Positions 1 to 9,746 of a stretch of 64,000 bases of DNA are shown one piece after another; the first letter of the stretch is position 1, and the number at the start of each line of letters is the position of its first letter. The stretch is from contig JBPOID010000005.1 of the NCBI GenBank assembly GCA_052034805.1, forward strand, positions 50,984 through 114,983. The letters run 5' to 3'. Under the pieces are notes generated by a model, which saw only the letters and a list, made by a program, of their open reading frames with translations, did no database searches and was not told the DNA's origin. This DNA comes from Candidatus Tayloriibacteriota bacterium. Its GTDB lineage: Bacteria; Patescibacteriota; Minisyncoccia; Phycocordibacterales; PALSA-1337. A program made the translations under genes and the position numbers.

Positions 1-409
1 CTATCTCTGTAACTATAGGTTTGCCATTTTTATTTGAATTATTTATTTCTTCTATCATTTTATCTACTATGACTTTCTGCATGGGATTTGTATAGAAAAC
101 TACAGAGCGATATTGTGTACCAACATCATTATCTTGACGATTAAGTGAAGTCGGATCATGTGAACTAAAGAATACAGTTAATAAACTCTTATAATCAACC
201 AGATCTGGATTGTATTCTATATATATGACTTCTGCATGACCAGTATTACCGGAACTAACTTCTTCAGAAGTGGGATAAGGCTTGTCTCCGCCTGCATAAC
301 CAGGAGAAACGGATATAACGCCTTTTAACATTTTAAAAACTGCTTCTGTACACCAGAAACATCCTCCACCGAAAACAGCTATTTCTTTTTTATTTATATT
401 TTTATCCAT
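1..409 (-). CDS. msrA: peptide methionine sulfoxide reductase MsrA (3' end runs off the window start)
   Basis: Manual minus-strand translation gives MDKNINKKEIAVFGGGCFWCTEAVF...TGHAEVIYIEYNPDLV...HDPTSLNRQDNDVGTQYRSVVFY. It has the GCFWC active-site motif and the MsrA fold signature throughout. It is absent from the ORF track because it is truncated at the window edge. Confidence 0.8.
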   Translation of the reverse strand, partial: MDKNINKKEIAVFGGGCFWCTEAVFKMLKGVISVSPGYAGGDKPYPTSEEVSSGNTGHAEVIYIEYNPDLVDYKSLLTVFFSSHDPTSLNRQDNDVGTQYRSVVFYTNPMQKVIVDKMIEEINNSNKNGKPIVTEI

Positions 410-449
410 ATAAATATTGAATATATTATATCATTTTATTTAATATAAT

Positions 450-1256
450 TTGCGGAATGTTATGAATTGTTATAGTCTATATGGAATGATAACTATAATA
501 GTTTCTTCTTTTATTATAATACTCGCTTCGCTTGTAGGGATTATATCCAAATGGAAAGCAATCGGTGAAATAATAGAGAAAAATATGCATTATCTCATCA
601 GCTTTTCGGCTGGAGTATTTGTAATTATCTCTATAGATTTATCTATGGAATCCATAGAACATACAGAAAATATTTGGAATGGTTTTCTATGGATTTTATC
701 GGGTATTATTATATTTTCAATATTAATAAAATTAATACCAGATTTTCATAATCATGATGAAGAATGTGTTGGAGAACATTCACATCATTCTCATGGGAAA
801 ATAGATGCGAGAAGAATGATTATAGGAAATGCTATGCATAATATAGGAGATGGAATATTGTTGGCGACTTCTTATTCTATAAATTTCACCTTGGGTATAA
901 TAACTACAGCTAGCATATTCGTACATGAAATAATACAAGGTACTTCAAAATTCTTTATATTGAAATATGCCGGAAATAATATAAAAAAATCTCTTATTAT
1001 AAGTTTTCTTTCTTCATCATCTATTCTTATAGGATCTATTGGTGGATATTTCTTATTAGATAAATTCAAAATAATAGAAGGACCGCTTCTAGGTATTACT
1101 GCTGGAGCATTCTTTATTATAGTTATAAACGATCTTATACCTCATTCTATAAAATCGATAAATAGTAAATCTCATATTGTAAAACATATAGTATGGTTTC
1201 TAATAGGAGCAAGTATTATAACAATAGTTGGTGTCATAATTTCTCATAATAATTAA
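450..1256 (+). CDS. ZIP-family (ZupT-like) divalent metal transporter
   Basis: Multi-TM protein with a His-rich loop (HNHDEECVGEHSHHSHG) and GNAMHNIGDG / HEIIQG motifs typical of ZIP transporters. Confidence 0.6.
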   Translation: MRNVMNCYSLYGMITIIVSSFIIILASLVGIISKWKAIGEIIEKNMHYLISFSAGVFVIISIDLSMESIEHTENIWNGFLWILSGIIIFSILIKLIPDFHNHDEECVGEHSHHSHGKIDARRMIIGNAMHNIGDGILLATSYSINFTLGIITTASIFVHEIIQGTSKFFILKYAGNNIKKSLIISFLSSSSILIGSIGGYFLLDKFKIIEGPLLGITAGAFFIIVINDLIPHSIKSINSKSHIVKHIVWFLIGASIITIVGVIISHNN

Positions 1257-1280
1257 AAGTTTCTCATAATAATTAAAACA

Positions 1281-1309
1281 CCCAGAGCGTACGGCTCTGG
1301 GTTGTTTGC
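1281..1309 (+). terminator. stem-loop cccagagcgtacggctctggg followed by a T-rich run
   Basis: Perfect 8 bp inverted repeat directly after the ZIP gene stop; seen directly in the sequence. Confidence 0.45.
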
Positions 1310-2017
1310 TTCAGATCTTTGGTTGAATTCTTAGAGAAAATCTTCCAAAAGATCTTGTTTTGTAACGATAATTTTCGACCTTCTTCTTTCACTCCTAGGT
1401 AATTGGCTTTTATCACTAGGAATGGTGTTGCGCATAATCGCTTTGCGAGGTGATACGATAGTTTTCTTTTTATTCTGCGGAACTATCGTAGCAAGAACAG
1501 AAGTTTCTACAGGCATAGTATTATTGTTTTTTGTCCATAGAAAACTATATCATAATATTATTAATAATAAAATAAAAAAATAGTCACAAGTTTCCTTGTA
1601 ACTATTTATGTCTCATGGGTTTCATTGCTTTTTACAGTATTTTTTATGTTCGTCGATTGATTTGTACTTTTGTGCTTAATCAATTATTTGAGAACACTGC
1701 TACTGATGAAGGTACATTGCTAACCAGTTTTAAAGTTCTGATTAGAACTGTATCTCGAACCGTATCGAGCTTTCCGAAAATTTTATCTCGGATACGCTCG
1801 TTGCGTAATTTACGCCATGAATCCTTGTTTTTAGGGTTCATAGTATATCCTTGGTTTTTGTTATCTTCCTTTGAAGATTATCCAACACCCATTGGATAAT
1901 GGCCGAAGAACTTTGCTCTGTTTATGATAATAACATAATTATCTTTATTAGTAAAATGATAAAATAACTAGAAATAATCAAAATTAAACTTATTTATAGA
2001 GATTATTATTATCTATA

Positions 2018-3382
2018 CTAGATAATAGCCGGAGCTACAGATATTCTTTTTTCTATTATTTTTATAAAAGAATCAGGGAAATATTTCTTTAATTCATTTT
2101 TCCAATCTGATTTACTAATATCTATATCAGGAGAAACTCCTCTTCCTTCTATGGGCTCATTGTCATCACCTAGAGTTATATTATTCACTAGGAATAATGT
2201 ATATTTTTCATTTGTATCTATAACAGTTTCTAATGGATAAGTATTCTCTATAGTTCCCCAACCGGCAGTCCTTGTACCTATTATTTTTGCAATTTTAAGT
2301 CTTTTGAAAATAGCAGAGGTTAATTCGGCTGTAGATTGAGTTCTATTATCAGTAAAAATTACAATATTTTTGAAACGATTCAATGCATCAAATTTAGCTA
2401 GAGTTGTTCTCTGTGGATCATAATTTTCATTTCTATAAAGATCATAAGCATATTGATTGGCTCCGATGAAAAGTCCAGTAATAGAATTAGCGAAAGAGAG
2501 ATCACCACCGATATTCCCTCTCATATCTATAATCAAACTATCGAGATTAGGAGTACTAGAAGCATTCTCTATAGCTATACCGAATTCTTGTAGAGTTATT
2601 GGGGATATTTTAGAAAAATAAAAATAAAAAGTATTATTCATAATATGACCAGAAACTGTTGGTTCTACTTTCGCGGTATCATATAGCTTTTTTGTATTAT
2701 CATCGGTTAATACTTTCTTTGCATATGAGATTTTCTGTAATTCAGTTTTGGCCTCTGTTGTAGTAGCTTTTTCTAGGACTTTTGCTTTTTCTTCATAGAC
2801 TTTTTCTATTTCTTTTTTTGAAGTATCTTTATTTACACCTAAATCTTTATATAAATCTTTAGAAGGATTTATATTACTTACTTCTTGTCTTAGAGCTACT
2901 CTCTGCTTTTCTGAGAAAAGATTACTTCTCATAAACGGCTTTAGACTATTCGTTACCAATCTCACAGTATCTACTATTATTTGTTTTTTCAATTCACTAC
3001 TAGTAGCATTTCTAAGCATGGTGGATAAAATAAATGCTGTATTATCTCTATCTGTGGCTTCTTTATTTTCTTTATTTATAGTTGGTGACTTATCTGTATT
3101 CATAACTTTCATTATAGAAAGTCTGAATAATTCCCCTAATTCTGGTGAACCATATTTTTTATATGAGCCTAATTTCATCCAAAAGTTTTCTCCGATTTTA
3201 TCATAGGCCTCCATAGCAAATCTGGTATATACATCGGATTCATAAACTGTTTTATATTGTTTATTAGGAATATTTATATCCTTTTTATTATAGAAAATAA
3301 TAGGTAAAGAAATAAATGCTAGAAGTATGATAATCGAAAGCTTTTTATTTTTTAATATATTTTTTAAAAGACGCATAAACAT
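2018..3382 (-). CDS. S41-family C-terminal processing peptidase (tail-specific protease-like), membrane anchored
   Basis: N-terminal TM segment; IIDMRGNIGGDLSFANSITGLFIG resembles the S41 D(L/M)RxNxGG motif region. Confidence 0.6.
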   Translation of the reverse strand: MFMRLLKNILKNKKLSIIILLAFISLPIIFYNKKDINIPNKQYKTVYESDVYTRFAMEAYDKIGENFWMKLGSYKKYGSPELGELFRLSIMKVMNTDKSPTINKENKEATDRDNTAFILSTMLRNATSSELKKQIIVDTVRLVTNSLKPFMRSNLFSEKQRVALRQEVSNINPSKDLYKDLGVNKDTSKKEIEKVYEEKAKVLEKATTTEAKTELQKISYAKKVLTDDNTKKLYDTAKVEPTVSGHIMNNTFYFYFSKISPITLQEFGIAIENASSTPNLDSLIIDMRGNIGGDLSFANSITGLFIGANQYAYDLYRNENYDPQRTTLAKFDALNRFKNIVIFTDNRTQSTAELTSAIFKRLKIAKIIGTRTAGWGTIENTYPLETVIDTNEKYTLFLVNNITLGDDNEPIEGRGVSPDIDISKSDWKNELKKYFPDSFIKIIEKRISVAPAII

Positions 3383-3403
3383 ATTTGATATATTTTATCA
3401 TAT

Positions 3404-3448
3404 AAAAAAATTAAACCCCCAAGTCTTGCGGACTTGAGGGTAAAAGTG
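3404..3448 (-). terminator. intrinsic terminator, copy 1 of an identical 45 bp element
   Basis: Minus-strand stem ccctcaagtc/gacttggggg, loop cgcaa, then TTTAATTTTTT. The sequence is identical to 4479..4523. Confidence 0.65.
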
Positions 3449-4291
3449 TTAATTAGTGAAAACTCTAAAGATTCCGGAGTCTCCACTTGAATCTACGGGA
3501 TACATGGTGATATCCCCGTAGATGAAGAATGGCTTTAAAGCCATTTCATTCCATGTTTTGAAATCGTTAGATTTCTCGACATGGATATGTGTGTATTCCC
3601 ATGGGGAATCTACAAAGAGATAGGTACCGTCCGGAATCCCATCAAGATTTTTTATGACCTTGATCTCAAGTGATGTTTTCTTTGCATAGTCCATCACTGC
3701 AAATTCCTCGAATGTATCTATGATAGTACCAACCTCAAAGGAATCAGACCCTTCACCCCAAGTAATAGAGATCGTGGGGTATCTGGTGCTACCATCATAA
3801 GCAATGAAGACATTGAATGTCTCGCTACCGATCTTAAAGCTTCCATAGCTATAAAGATTTTTCATCAACCCTTCAGGGGTCAATGAATAATCATATACGC
3901 TAGTACGATGATCTTCTGTCTTCAGAGCTGGAGAAAATTTTTCCCCAGTCAACACATCGGTAAAGACAGGTGTTGAAACTATCCCATCTAGACCTGTCGG
4001 TATGGGAGATAGTCTGAGGATTCTTCCTCCTGCAAGGGATTTCGTCTTGATAACGAAATAATCGTAATTCCCCTGCTGGGAAGATGCAGAGTTTGACCAA
4101 TCTCCCTCTGTACTAACCCAATGAAGTGGGTAGTTCTGGCTCTGAGCTATCTCCTTATAGTAAAGGATATTGGTTTTGAACGCCTCGCTTACGCGAGGGA
4201 TCCTCACCACCGGCTCAGATGCCTCCGAGAAGATCTGAAACACGAATGATAAGATAACCGACAGAATGACAATGAACTTTGTTGTTTTCAC
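3449..4291 (-). CDS. secreted hypothetical protein (signal peptide), GC-richer than the housekeeping genes
   Basis: Long ORF with an N-terminal signal-like hydrophobic segment and no motif I recognise; its composition differs from the flanking AT-rich genes. Confidence 0.5.
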   Translation of the reverse strand: MKTTKFIVILSVILSFVFQIFSEASEPVVRIPRVSEAFKTNILYYKEIAQSQNYPLHWVSTEGDWSNSASSQQGNYDYFVIKTKSLAGGRILRLSPIPTGLDGIVSTPVFTDVLTGEKFSPALKTEDHRTSVYDYSLTPEGLMKNLYSYGSFKIGSETFNVFIAYDGSTRYPTISITWGEGSDSFEVGTIIDTFEEFAVMDYAKKTSLEIKVIKNLDGIPDGTYLFVDSPWEYTHIHVEKSNDFKTWNEMALKPFFIYGDITMYPVDSSGDSGIFRVFTN

Positions 4292-4478
4292 TTTCTTTCC
4301 TCTTTCTTGTTTTTGTTGTTGTTTACTTATTCACAAAATCTACTCTATATATAGTATCATAATAAATACTATATGTCAATATGACTATGGGCACATTCAA
4401 CCTCTTGGTGCATTTACTTGCTGAACTAGCCATAATACACTAATAACTTTATATCTATTATGTATAAATTTTATTTAT

Positions 4479-4523
4479 AAAAAATTAAACCCCCAAGTCT
4501 TGCGGACTTGAGGGTAAAAGTGG
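4479..4523 (-). terminator. intrinsic terminator, copy 2 of the identical 45 bp element
   Basis: Exact repeat of 3404..3448, lying immediately 3' of the next minus-strand gene. Confidence 0.65.
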
Positions 4524-4540
4524 TTTTGTGATTGTCTCAA

Positions 4541-5203
4541 TCAATGATTGAAATACAACCACGACCATGTCGTGACCATCCATGTGAGCTCATTGCCCGT
4601 CTCACTGATGAATAGTCCGATGTTCTTCTTCGTCCAGCCATCTTGTTTGGCTGTGACTGCGATCTCTATAGCTCTCACAATAACTGTGATATGCCCAATG
4701 ACAAGAGACATTCCAGCCAACCCATCGTTTCGCCCTGCTTTGAATATGCAGTAAGCGATATAGAGTTGTGGAGTGCTCTTAACAATAATGGACATTAAGC
4801 CTCTATTGATCGGCTCGACGAAAGTTTCCATCACAGAACCTTTTGATCTTACAATCATAAGGACAGTGAGAGATGCGATAACCAGAAGTGTTACCAATGT
4901 ATCACTTTTCGTCCAGTATCCCTTTAGAGAAATAATGACGAACATAGTGGCCCATAGTAACAACCAGTTGGCATATACAAGAGTGACTTGCATAGCCTTT
5001 CGACTGCCTGAATCCCAATAAGCACTGAGAGCCAGGAAGAAATTAATTGTGACGAAGATCGAACAGAGCATAGACCATGTGATGGTCATGCCAGTCGTCG
5101 TTGTGAATGATCTGTGTATCTGCGGGATGCTGAAGCACCACGCCATAATGATCTGGAACCAGAAAAGCAGGTCCCCGATCATATTTTTGTTTTTATTAGA
5201 CAA
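4541..5203 (-). CDS. PQ-loop-repeat-like polytopic membrane protein
   Basis: About 7 TM segments; two PQ motifs (SIPQIHRSF and STPQLYIAY) in positions consistent with the two PQ-loop repeats; GC-richer composition. Confidence 0.4.
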   Translation of the reverse strand: MSNKNKNMIGDLLFWFQIIMAWCFSIPQIHRSFTTTTGMTITWSMLCSIFVTINFFLALSAYWDSGSRKAMQVTLVYANWLLLWATMFVIISLKGYWTKSDTLVTLLVIASLTVLMIVRSKGSVMETFVEPINRGLMSIIVKSTPQLYIAYCIFKAGRNDGLAGMSLVIGHITVIVRAIEIAVTAKQDGWTKKNIGLFISETGNELTWMVTTWSWLYFNH

Positions 5204-5354
5204 GGTAAACCTCCCCTTTTTTATCTTTGTTGTTTTACCGAATCAAAATCTGAAATAATTATATACATAAAATGTAACTATGTCAATAGCCATATTTAAT
5301 GCGCATATATTTGTGAATATATTTTATATTTTTTATTAGAGAATTAGAGAATAT

Positions 5355-5771
5355 TTACCAACAAGCTATTATCGTACCCATAAGAGTCATGACTACTAGT
5401 GATGATACGCATTCGAAAAGCCATAATGATAATTTCCTTCCCATCCATATCACCTCTATAGAAGAAGATGCCACGATAAATCCCCATGCGAGTAATGCAC
5501 ATAATACGCCACCTAGAGATCCCATCTCTGCTATTTTTGTAGAATTCAAAGCTATTGTGTATAGAGCAGACAAGAGAATTGCTGTTACTATATTTGTTAC
5601 TAGATTCCATACAAGTTGAGGAAGCATATCGCTTAATTTCTCATTTCCAGTTGGATGTATATCTGCAAGTTTCATCCATAATTTCCCGAATACAGGACCA
5701 TGGAATAAAAATCCCACAATAAAAGCTACAAAAGCCGCTACCAAAACTGCTACGAAATCTATTGATATCAT
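5355..5771 (-). CDS. small polytopic membrane protein (unknown function)
   Basis: ORF-track ORF 5355..5849. I trimmed it to the internal ATG (MISIDF...), because the longer N-terminus lies in AT-rich spacer. Confidence 0.4.
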   Translation of the reverse strand: MISIDFVAVLVAAFVAFIVGFLFHGPVFGKLWMKLADIHPTGNEKLSDMLPQLVWNLVTNIVTAILLSALYTIALNSTKIAEMGSLGGVLCALLAWGFIVASSSIEVIWMGRKLSLWLFECVSSLVVMTLMGTIIACW

Positions 5772-5858
5772 ATAAAATAAATTATTTTTTAATGATTGTA
5801 TTATAACAGATAAAATAATTAAATTAATATTTAAAAAAGAAAACCGCAAAGCAAAGCC

Positions 5859-6410
5859 TTACGGTTTTTTGAAAAGCACTATTATGAGTAGAATGGTGTT
5901 AAAGAAAATACCATTAACTGCATTGATGATTCCTCCCAAGCTCCAATCTGATCCGATCAATGTGAGTAAACACGATAAAGCACTAAATCCCCAAACAGGC
6001 CAAGTGTCTTTTATCGGATTTCTCCATAAATCGATGAAATTGGGAATACCAGCTATATTCATCGCAGTTATACTACCCATAAGACCTATCAATGCACCAT
6101 ATCTAAACCAAATGTATGCACTGATGATAGCCCCGATGGCACAGATAGTCTCTTTATAAGACCAAATCCATTTCCCTCGTACGAACAATGCAATAGCTAC
6201 AGAAGTAGAACCCAAAACCCAAGCCCCTGGCAGATAACCTGGTTCATTATTCGCTATGGTAGTAGCTAGAAGTAGAGAATCAAGCACCACCCACATTACC
6301 CAAGTCGCTCCCGTAGAAGCATGAGCCTTTCGAGTCCATACATTGTAGGCGTACCATAAAAATACACCCAATGCCATTGCACCTCCTGAATATGTAAAGA
6401 ACGTTTTCAA
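5859..6410 (-). CDS. polytopic membrane protein (unknown function)
   Basis: 183 aa ORF with 5-6 hydrophobic segments and clean coding statistics. Confidence 0.45.
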   Translation of the reverse strand: MKTFFTYSGGAMALGVFLWYAYNVWTRKAHASTGATWVMWVVLDSLLLATTIANNEPGYLPGAWVLGSTSVAIALFVRGKWIWSYKETICAIGAIISAYIWFRYGALIGLMGSITAMNIAGIPNFIDLWRNPIKDTWPVWGFSALSCLLTLIGSDWSLGGIINAVNGIFFNTILLIIVLFKKP

Positions 6411-6577
6411 AATCCACCTCCTTTCTGTTTTTTCTGTAATTTTTCTGTGTTTAGAGTATTGTTTACAGTATTTTTTTCCAGTATTTTTTCTATTCAGACA
6501 ATATCATGTGAAAGTGGTTATGTCAATGGAGTGCTAGATACAACTTCTAGAAGACCTCGGTATGATTCATATGGATG

Positions 6578-6648
6578 CTGGGGGACAGGGACTCGAACCC
6601 CGATACTATGCGCCAAAGGCATATGTCCTACCATTAGACGATCCCCCA
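6578..6648 (-). tRNA. tRNA-Gln (anticodon TTG)
   Basis: Cloverleaf folded by eye: acceptor tggggga/tccccca, D-arm TCGTCTAATGGTAGGAC, anticodon stem tatgc/gcata with loop CTTTGGC, T-arm GGGGTTCGAGTCCC. Confidence 0.8.
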
Positions 6649-6705
6649 ATAAAAACAATACTTCTATAAAATACATTAAAAATAGAGAATATTCAAGCAA
6701 AATGA

Positions 6706-7752
6706 CTAATCATTACATATCCCTATCACCGCCATCTCGAGTGGTAAACTCTCTATATAGGCCTTTCCTACTGCATCATATGCTTTTAATAATTCTATAA
6801 GTGCATTTGAATTTATTCTATTCTTTGAATCGGATGAAATGCTTTGTATTATTTTAAAATCATCTTCACTTAATTCTTCTTTTAATCTATCTATGCTTTT
6901 TTTATCTATTATATTTTTTAAAAGTAGGACAATTCTTACTTTTTCTAATATTAAAGCTGTGAAAGTCTTTATGGAAATATTGCCTTCGCGCGCGAGGGAT
7001 ATTGTATTTAATGCTTTTTCTTTTTCTTTATTTGCTATGGCTAATATGAAATCATTTACTATGCTTCCCTTTGGGGCTCCGGTTATATCTTCTACTTCTT
7101 TTATTGAGACTTTCTTATCTTCATTTGTGCTTAATACTTTCTGTAATATTCCTAAAGTGTCTCTGAATGATCCATCTCCGAGTAAAGATATTAGATCTGC
7201 TACTCCATTCTCTAGACTATAACCTTCTTTCTTTGCTATTTTTATTATTAAAGTTTTTAGTATTTCTCTATTTGGTTTTTTGAAAGAAAAGACTTGGCAA
7301 CGGGATACAACGGTTTCTGGTATTTTCTCTGTTTCTGTTGTGGCGAGTATGAATATTGCATGTGCTGGTGGTTCTTCTAGGGTTTTCAATATTGCATTGA
7401 ATGCTTCTTTTGTAAGCATATGCACTTCATCTATTATATAGACTTTATGAGTTGATTCTAAAGGTAATACATTTACCCCATCTCTTATTTCTCTTATATC
7501 ATCTATTCCTCTATTCGAAGCTGCATCTATTTCATAAATATCATTTGGACTAATCCCTAGAGCATTGGCGAATATGCGAGCTATGGAAGTTTTGCCTGTG
7601 CCACGGCTTCCAGAGAAAAGATAGGCATGGGAAATCTTTTTCAATTTTATTGAATTTTCTAAAACATTCACTATATGATCTTGACCGATAACATCTCCCC
7701 AATCATTCGGTCTATACTTTCTATATAAGACTCCGGAAGAATTCTTTTGCAT
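6706..7752 (-). CDS. dnaX: DNA polymerase III subunit gamma/tau, short form
   Basis: YRKYRP...DVIGQ N-terminus, Walker A GSRGTGKTS, and an IIDEVHML box. Confidence 0.8.
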   Translation of the reverse strand: MQKNSSGVLYRKYRPNDWGDVIGQDHIVNVLENSIKLKKISHAYLFSGSRGTGKTSIARIFANALGISPNDIYEIDAASNRGIDDIREIRDGVNVLPLESTHKVYIIDEVHMLTKEAFNAILKTLEEPPAHAIFILATTETEKIPETVVSRCQVFSFKKPNREILKTLIIKIAKKEGYSLENGVADLISLLGDGSFRDTLGILQKVLSTNEDKKVSIKEVEDITGAPKGSIVNDFILAIANKEKEKALNTISLAREGNISIKTFTALILEKVRIVLLLKNIIDKKSIDRLKEELSEDDFKIIQSISSDSKNRINSNALIELLKAYDAVGKAYIESLPLEMAVIGICND

Positions 7753-7759
7753 AATGGTA

Positions 7760-8758
7760 TTATAGCATTTTGATATAGTCCTTCACTATTTTCTCTACTT
7801 CTTTTAATCCATTACTTTCCATAAGCTTTACTCTCAATTCCTTTGCACCATCGAATTCTGATACATAAGCTTTGAAATGCTTTTTCATTATTGCGAAATT
7901 CTTTATCTTTCCTAAATATTTATTAAAAGCTTTTGCATGTTCGAGCATTACGGTTAAACGTTCTTTTATGGTTATATCCTTTATATTTTTATTAGAGAAA
8001 AACCAAGGATTGCCAAATATTCCTCTACCTATCATCACTCCATCGCAACCGGTTTCTTGTATTTTCTTCTTTGCTTCATCTATACTATTTATATCGCCAT
8101 TACCTATTATCAATGTTTCTTTAGAAATTTCATTTCTCATTTTCACTATAATAGGCATTAATTCCCAATGTGCAGGTACATTCGACATTTCCTTTCTGGT
8201 ACGTAGATGTACAGTTAAAACTGGTAATTTCTGTTCTAATAAAGTTCTTATCCAAGTATCTATTTCTATTTTATTGTAACCTATACGAGTCTTCACAGAG
8301 ACGGGTATATTCTTTGCACCTTCTCTTGCTGATTTTATTATTTCTATTGCATGTTCTGAATCCTTTATATGATGAGCTCCTGAACCTTGCTTTTCTATAG
8401 AACGATCTGGACATCCCATATTGAGATCAAGTCCATCGAAACCTAATTCTTCTACTAGACTTGCTGCGGATTTCATCTTTGAAATATTTGATCCGAATAA
8501 TTGTGCCACTATCGGTCGCTCATTTTCATAAAACTCCAAATCCTTTTCGAGATTCTTTCTCCCTTTGGAACATAGTCCATCCGCCGAGACGAATTCTGTC
8601 CACATAACAGTGGGCTTTCCATATTTCGCAAACATAGATCTGAATGCCACATCAGTGACATTGGCCATAGGCGCCATGACGAAAAGAGGCTTTTTCAACC
8701 CTTGCCAGAAATTAGTTTTATTGCCTTTATTTGCCTTTTTATTGCTTATTTTATTCAC
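7760..8758 (-). CDS. dus: tRNA-dihydrouridine synthase
   Basis: FVMAPMANVTDVAFR start and a TIM-barrel Dus signature throughout. Confidence 0.8.
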   Translation of the reverse strand: MNKISNKKANKGNKTNFWQGLKKPLFVMAPMANVTDVAFRSMFAKYGKPTVMWTEFVSADGLCSKGRKNLEKDLEFYENERPIVAQLFGSNISKMKSAASLVEELGFDGLDLNMGCPDRSIEKQGSGAHHIKDSEHAIEIIKSAREGAKNIPVSVKTRIGYNKIEIDTWIRTLLEQKLPVLTVHLRTRKEMSNVPAHWELMPIIVKMRNEISKETLIIGNGDINSIDEAKKKIQETGCDGVMIGRGIFGNPWFFSNKNIKDITIKERLTVMLEHAKAFNKYLGKIKNFAIMKKHFKAYVSEFDGAKELRVKLMESNGLKEVEKIVKDYIKML

Positions 8759-8783
8759 ATAGACATACTACATTATTTTCAGT

Positions 8784-9740
8784 CTATTTCAATGTATTAT
8801 TCAAAATAGATAAAATATCATTTGCCCTATCCATACTACCGAGAATCACTATAGAATAAAGTTTTTTGGGTGATCCAATATCGAATAATTCCAAACCAGT
8901 TAATCCAGATTCTGGTATATATCCATTTTTTCCACCTCTATATGATGAAATATTTAGAAATCTTATAGGATTAGTCCATGTATGAGTTCTTATTATTTTT
9001 GTTTTAGTATTTGTTATATCAAATATTTCTTTTTGATTATTCTGTATCCATTCTGACATTATGGATATATCTCTTGCAGTAGAAACATTCTTTGGAGAAA
9101 GACCTGTAGGATCATAGAAAAATGTATTCTTTGCACCTATTGATTTTGCCCAATCATTCATCTTTTTTATAAATGCCTTCCTACCGTATTCACGCGCGAG
9201 GGCTTCGGCGGAATCATTGCTAGAAGTCATAAGTAATGGATATAATAATTCATCTCTAGTGAATTTCTCCCATAGGAATAATCCTCCAGTATCGCCTTGT
9301 GTCTTCAGCACATCTTCGGTAATCTCTATTTTTTTATCTTTATCTATAAGTCTTTCCGCTATAACAGCAGTAGCGAGTTTAGTGATGGAGGCGATTGGCA
9401 AAACTTTATTTGCATTCTTTGAAGCTATTATTTTCCTATTATCCATATCATATAAAAGATATGAAATAGCAGAAATCTCTGAAGAAGGTTTGATTATAAA
9501 ATAATTAGAAGAATTATCTTTTATACCATTATCGATTTTATCTTTTGATGAATATATCAATACTCTAGAAAAAGCAGAAATAAATGTATTATCCAATTCT
9601 TCGCCTTCTTCATCTTTGAATATAACTTTTTTATCTATAGATGAAGCATTGGTTTTATCTATAATAAAAATAGCAAATAAAATACCTACGAATACAGCAG
9701 ATGCAATAGATAAAAAGAATTTTCCCTTGATTTTCGGCAT
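8784..9740 (-). CDS. serine-type D-Ala-D-Ala carboxypeptidase (PBP5/S11-like), membrane anchored
   Basis: SxxK motif ASITKLATAV, N-terminal TM segment, and a YGRKAF region. Confidence 0.65.
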   Translation of the reverse strand: MPKIKGKFFLSIASAVFVGILFAIFIIDKTNASSIDKKVIFKDEEGEELDNTFISAFSRVLIYSSKDKIDNGIKDNSSNYFIIKPSSEISAISYLLYDMDNRKIIASKNANKVLPIASITKLATAVIAERLIDKDKKIEITEDVLKTQGDTGGLFLWEKFTRDELLYPLLMTSSNDSAEALAREYGRKAFIKKMNDWAKSIGAKNTFFYDPTGLSPKNVSTARDISIMSEWIQNNQKEIFDITNTKTKIIRTHTWTNPIRFLNISSYRGGKNGYIPESGLTGLELFDIGSPKKLYSIVILGSMDRANDILSILNNTLK

Positions 9741-9746
9741 ATTGGA

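Noticed and set aside
1615-1899. 94 aa plus-strand ORF, and two short minus-strand ORFs: a 52 aa ORF (MNPKNKDSWRKLRNERIRDKIF...), for which the stated 1688..1846 is a 159 bp back-calculated estimate, and the 61 aa ORF 1331..1516.
   Set aside because: The plus-strand ORF has no coding-like composition. The two minus-strand mini-ORFs (the first with an aagga RBS) could be real small proteins, but I recognise no family and they are too short to support, so I left them unannotated.
6447-6800. ORFs 6447..6800 (+) and 6518..6700 (-).
   Set aside because: They overlap tRNA-Gln(TTG) at 6578..6648 and have no coding character; the tRNA explains the region.
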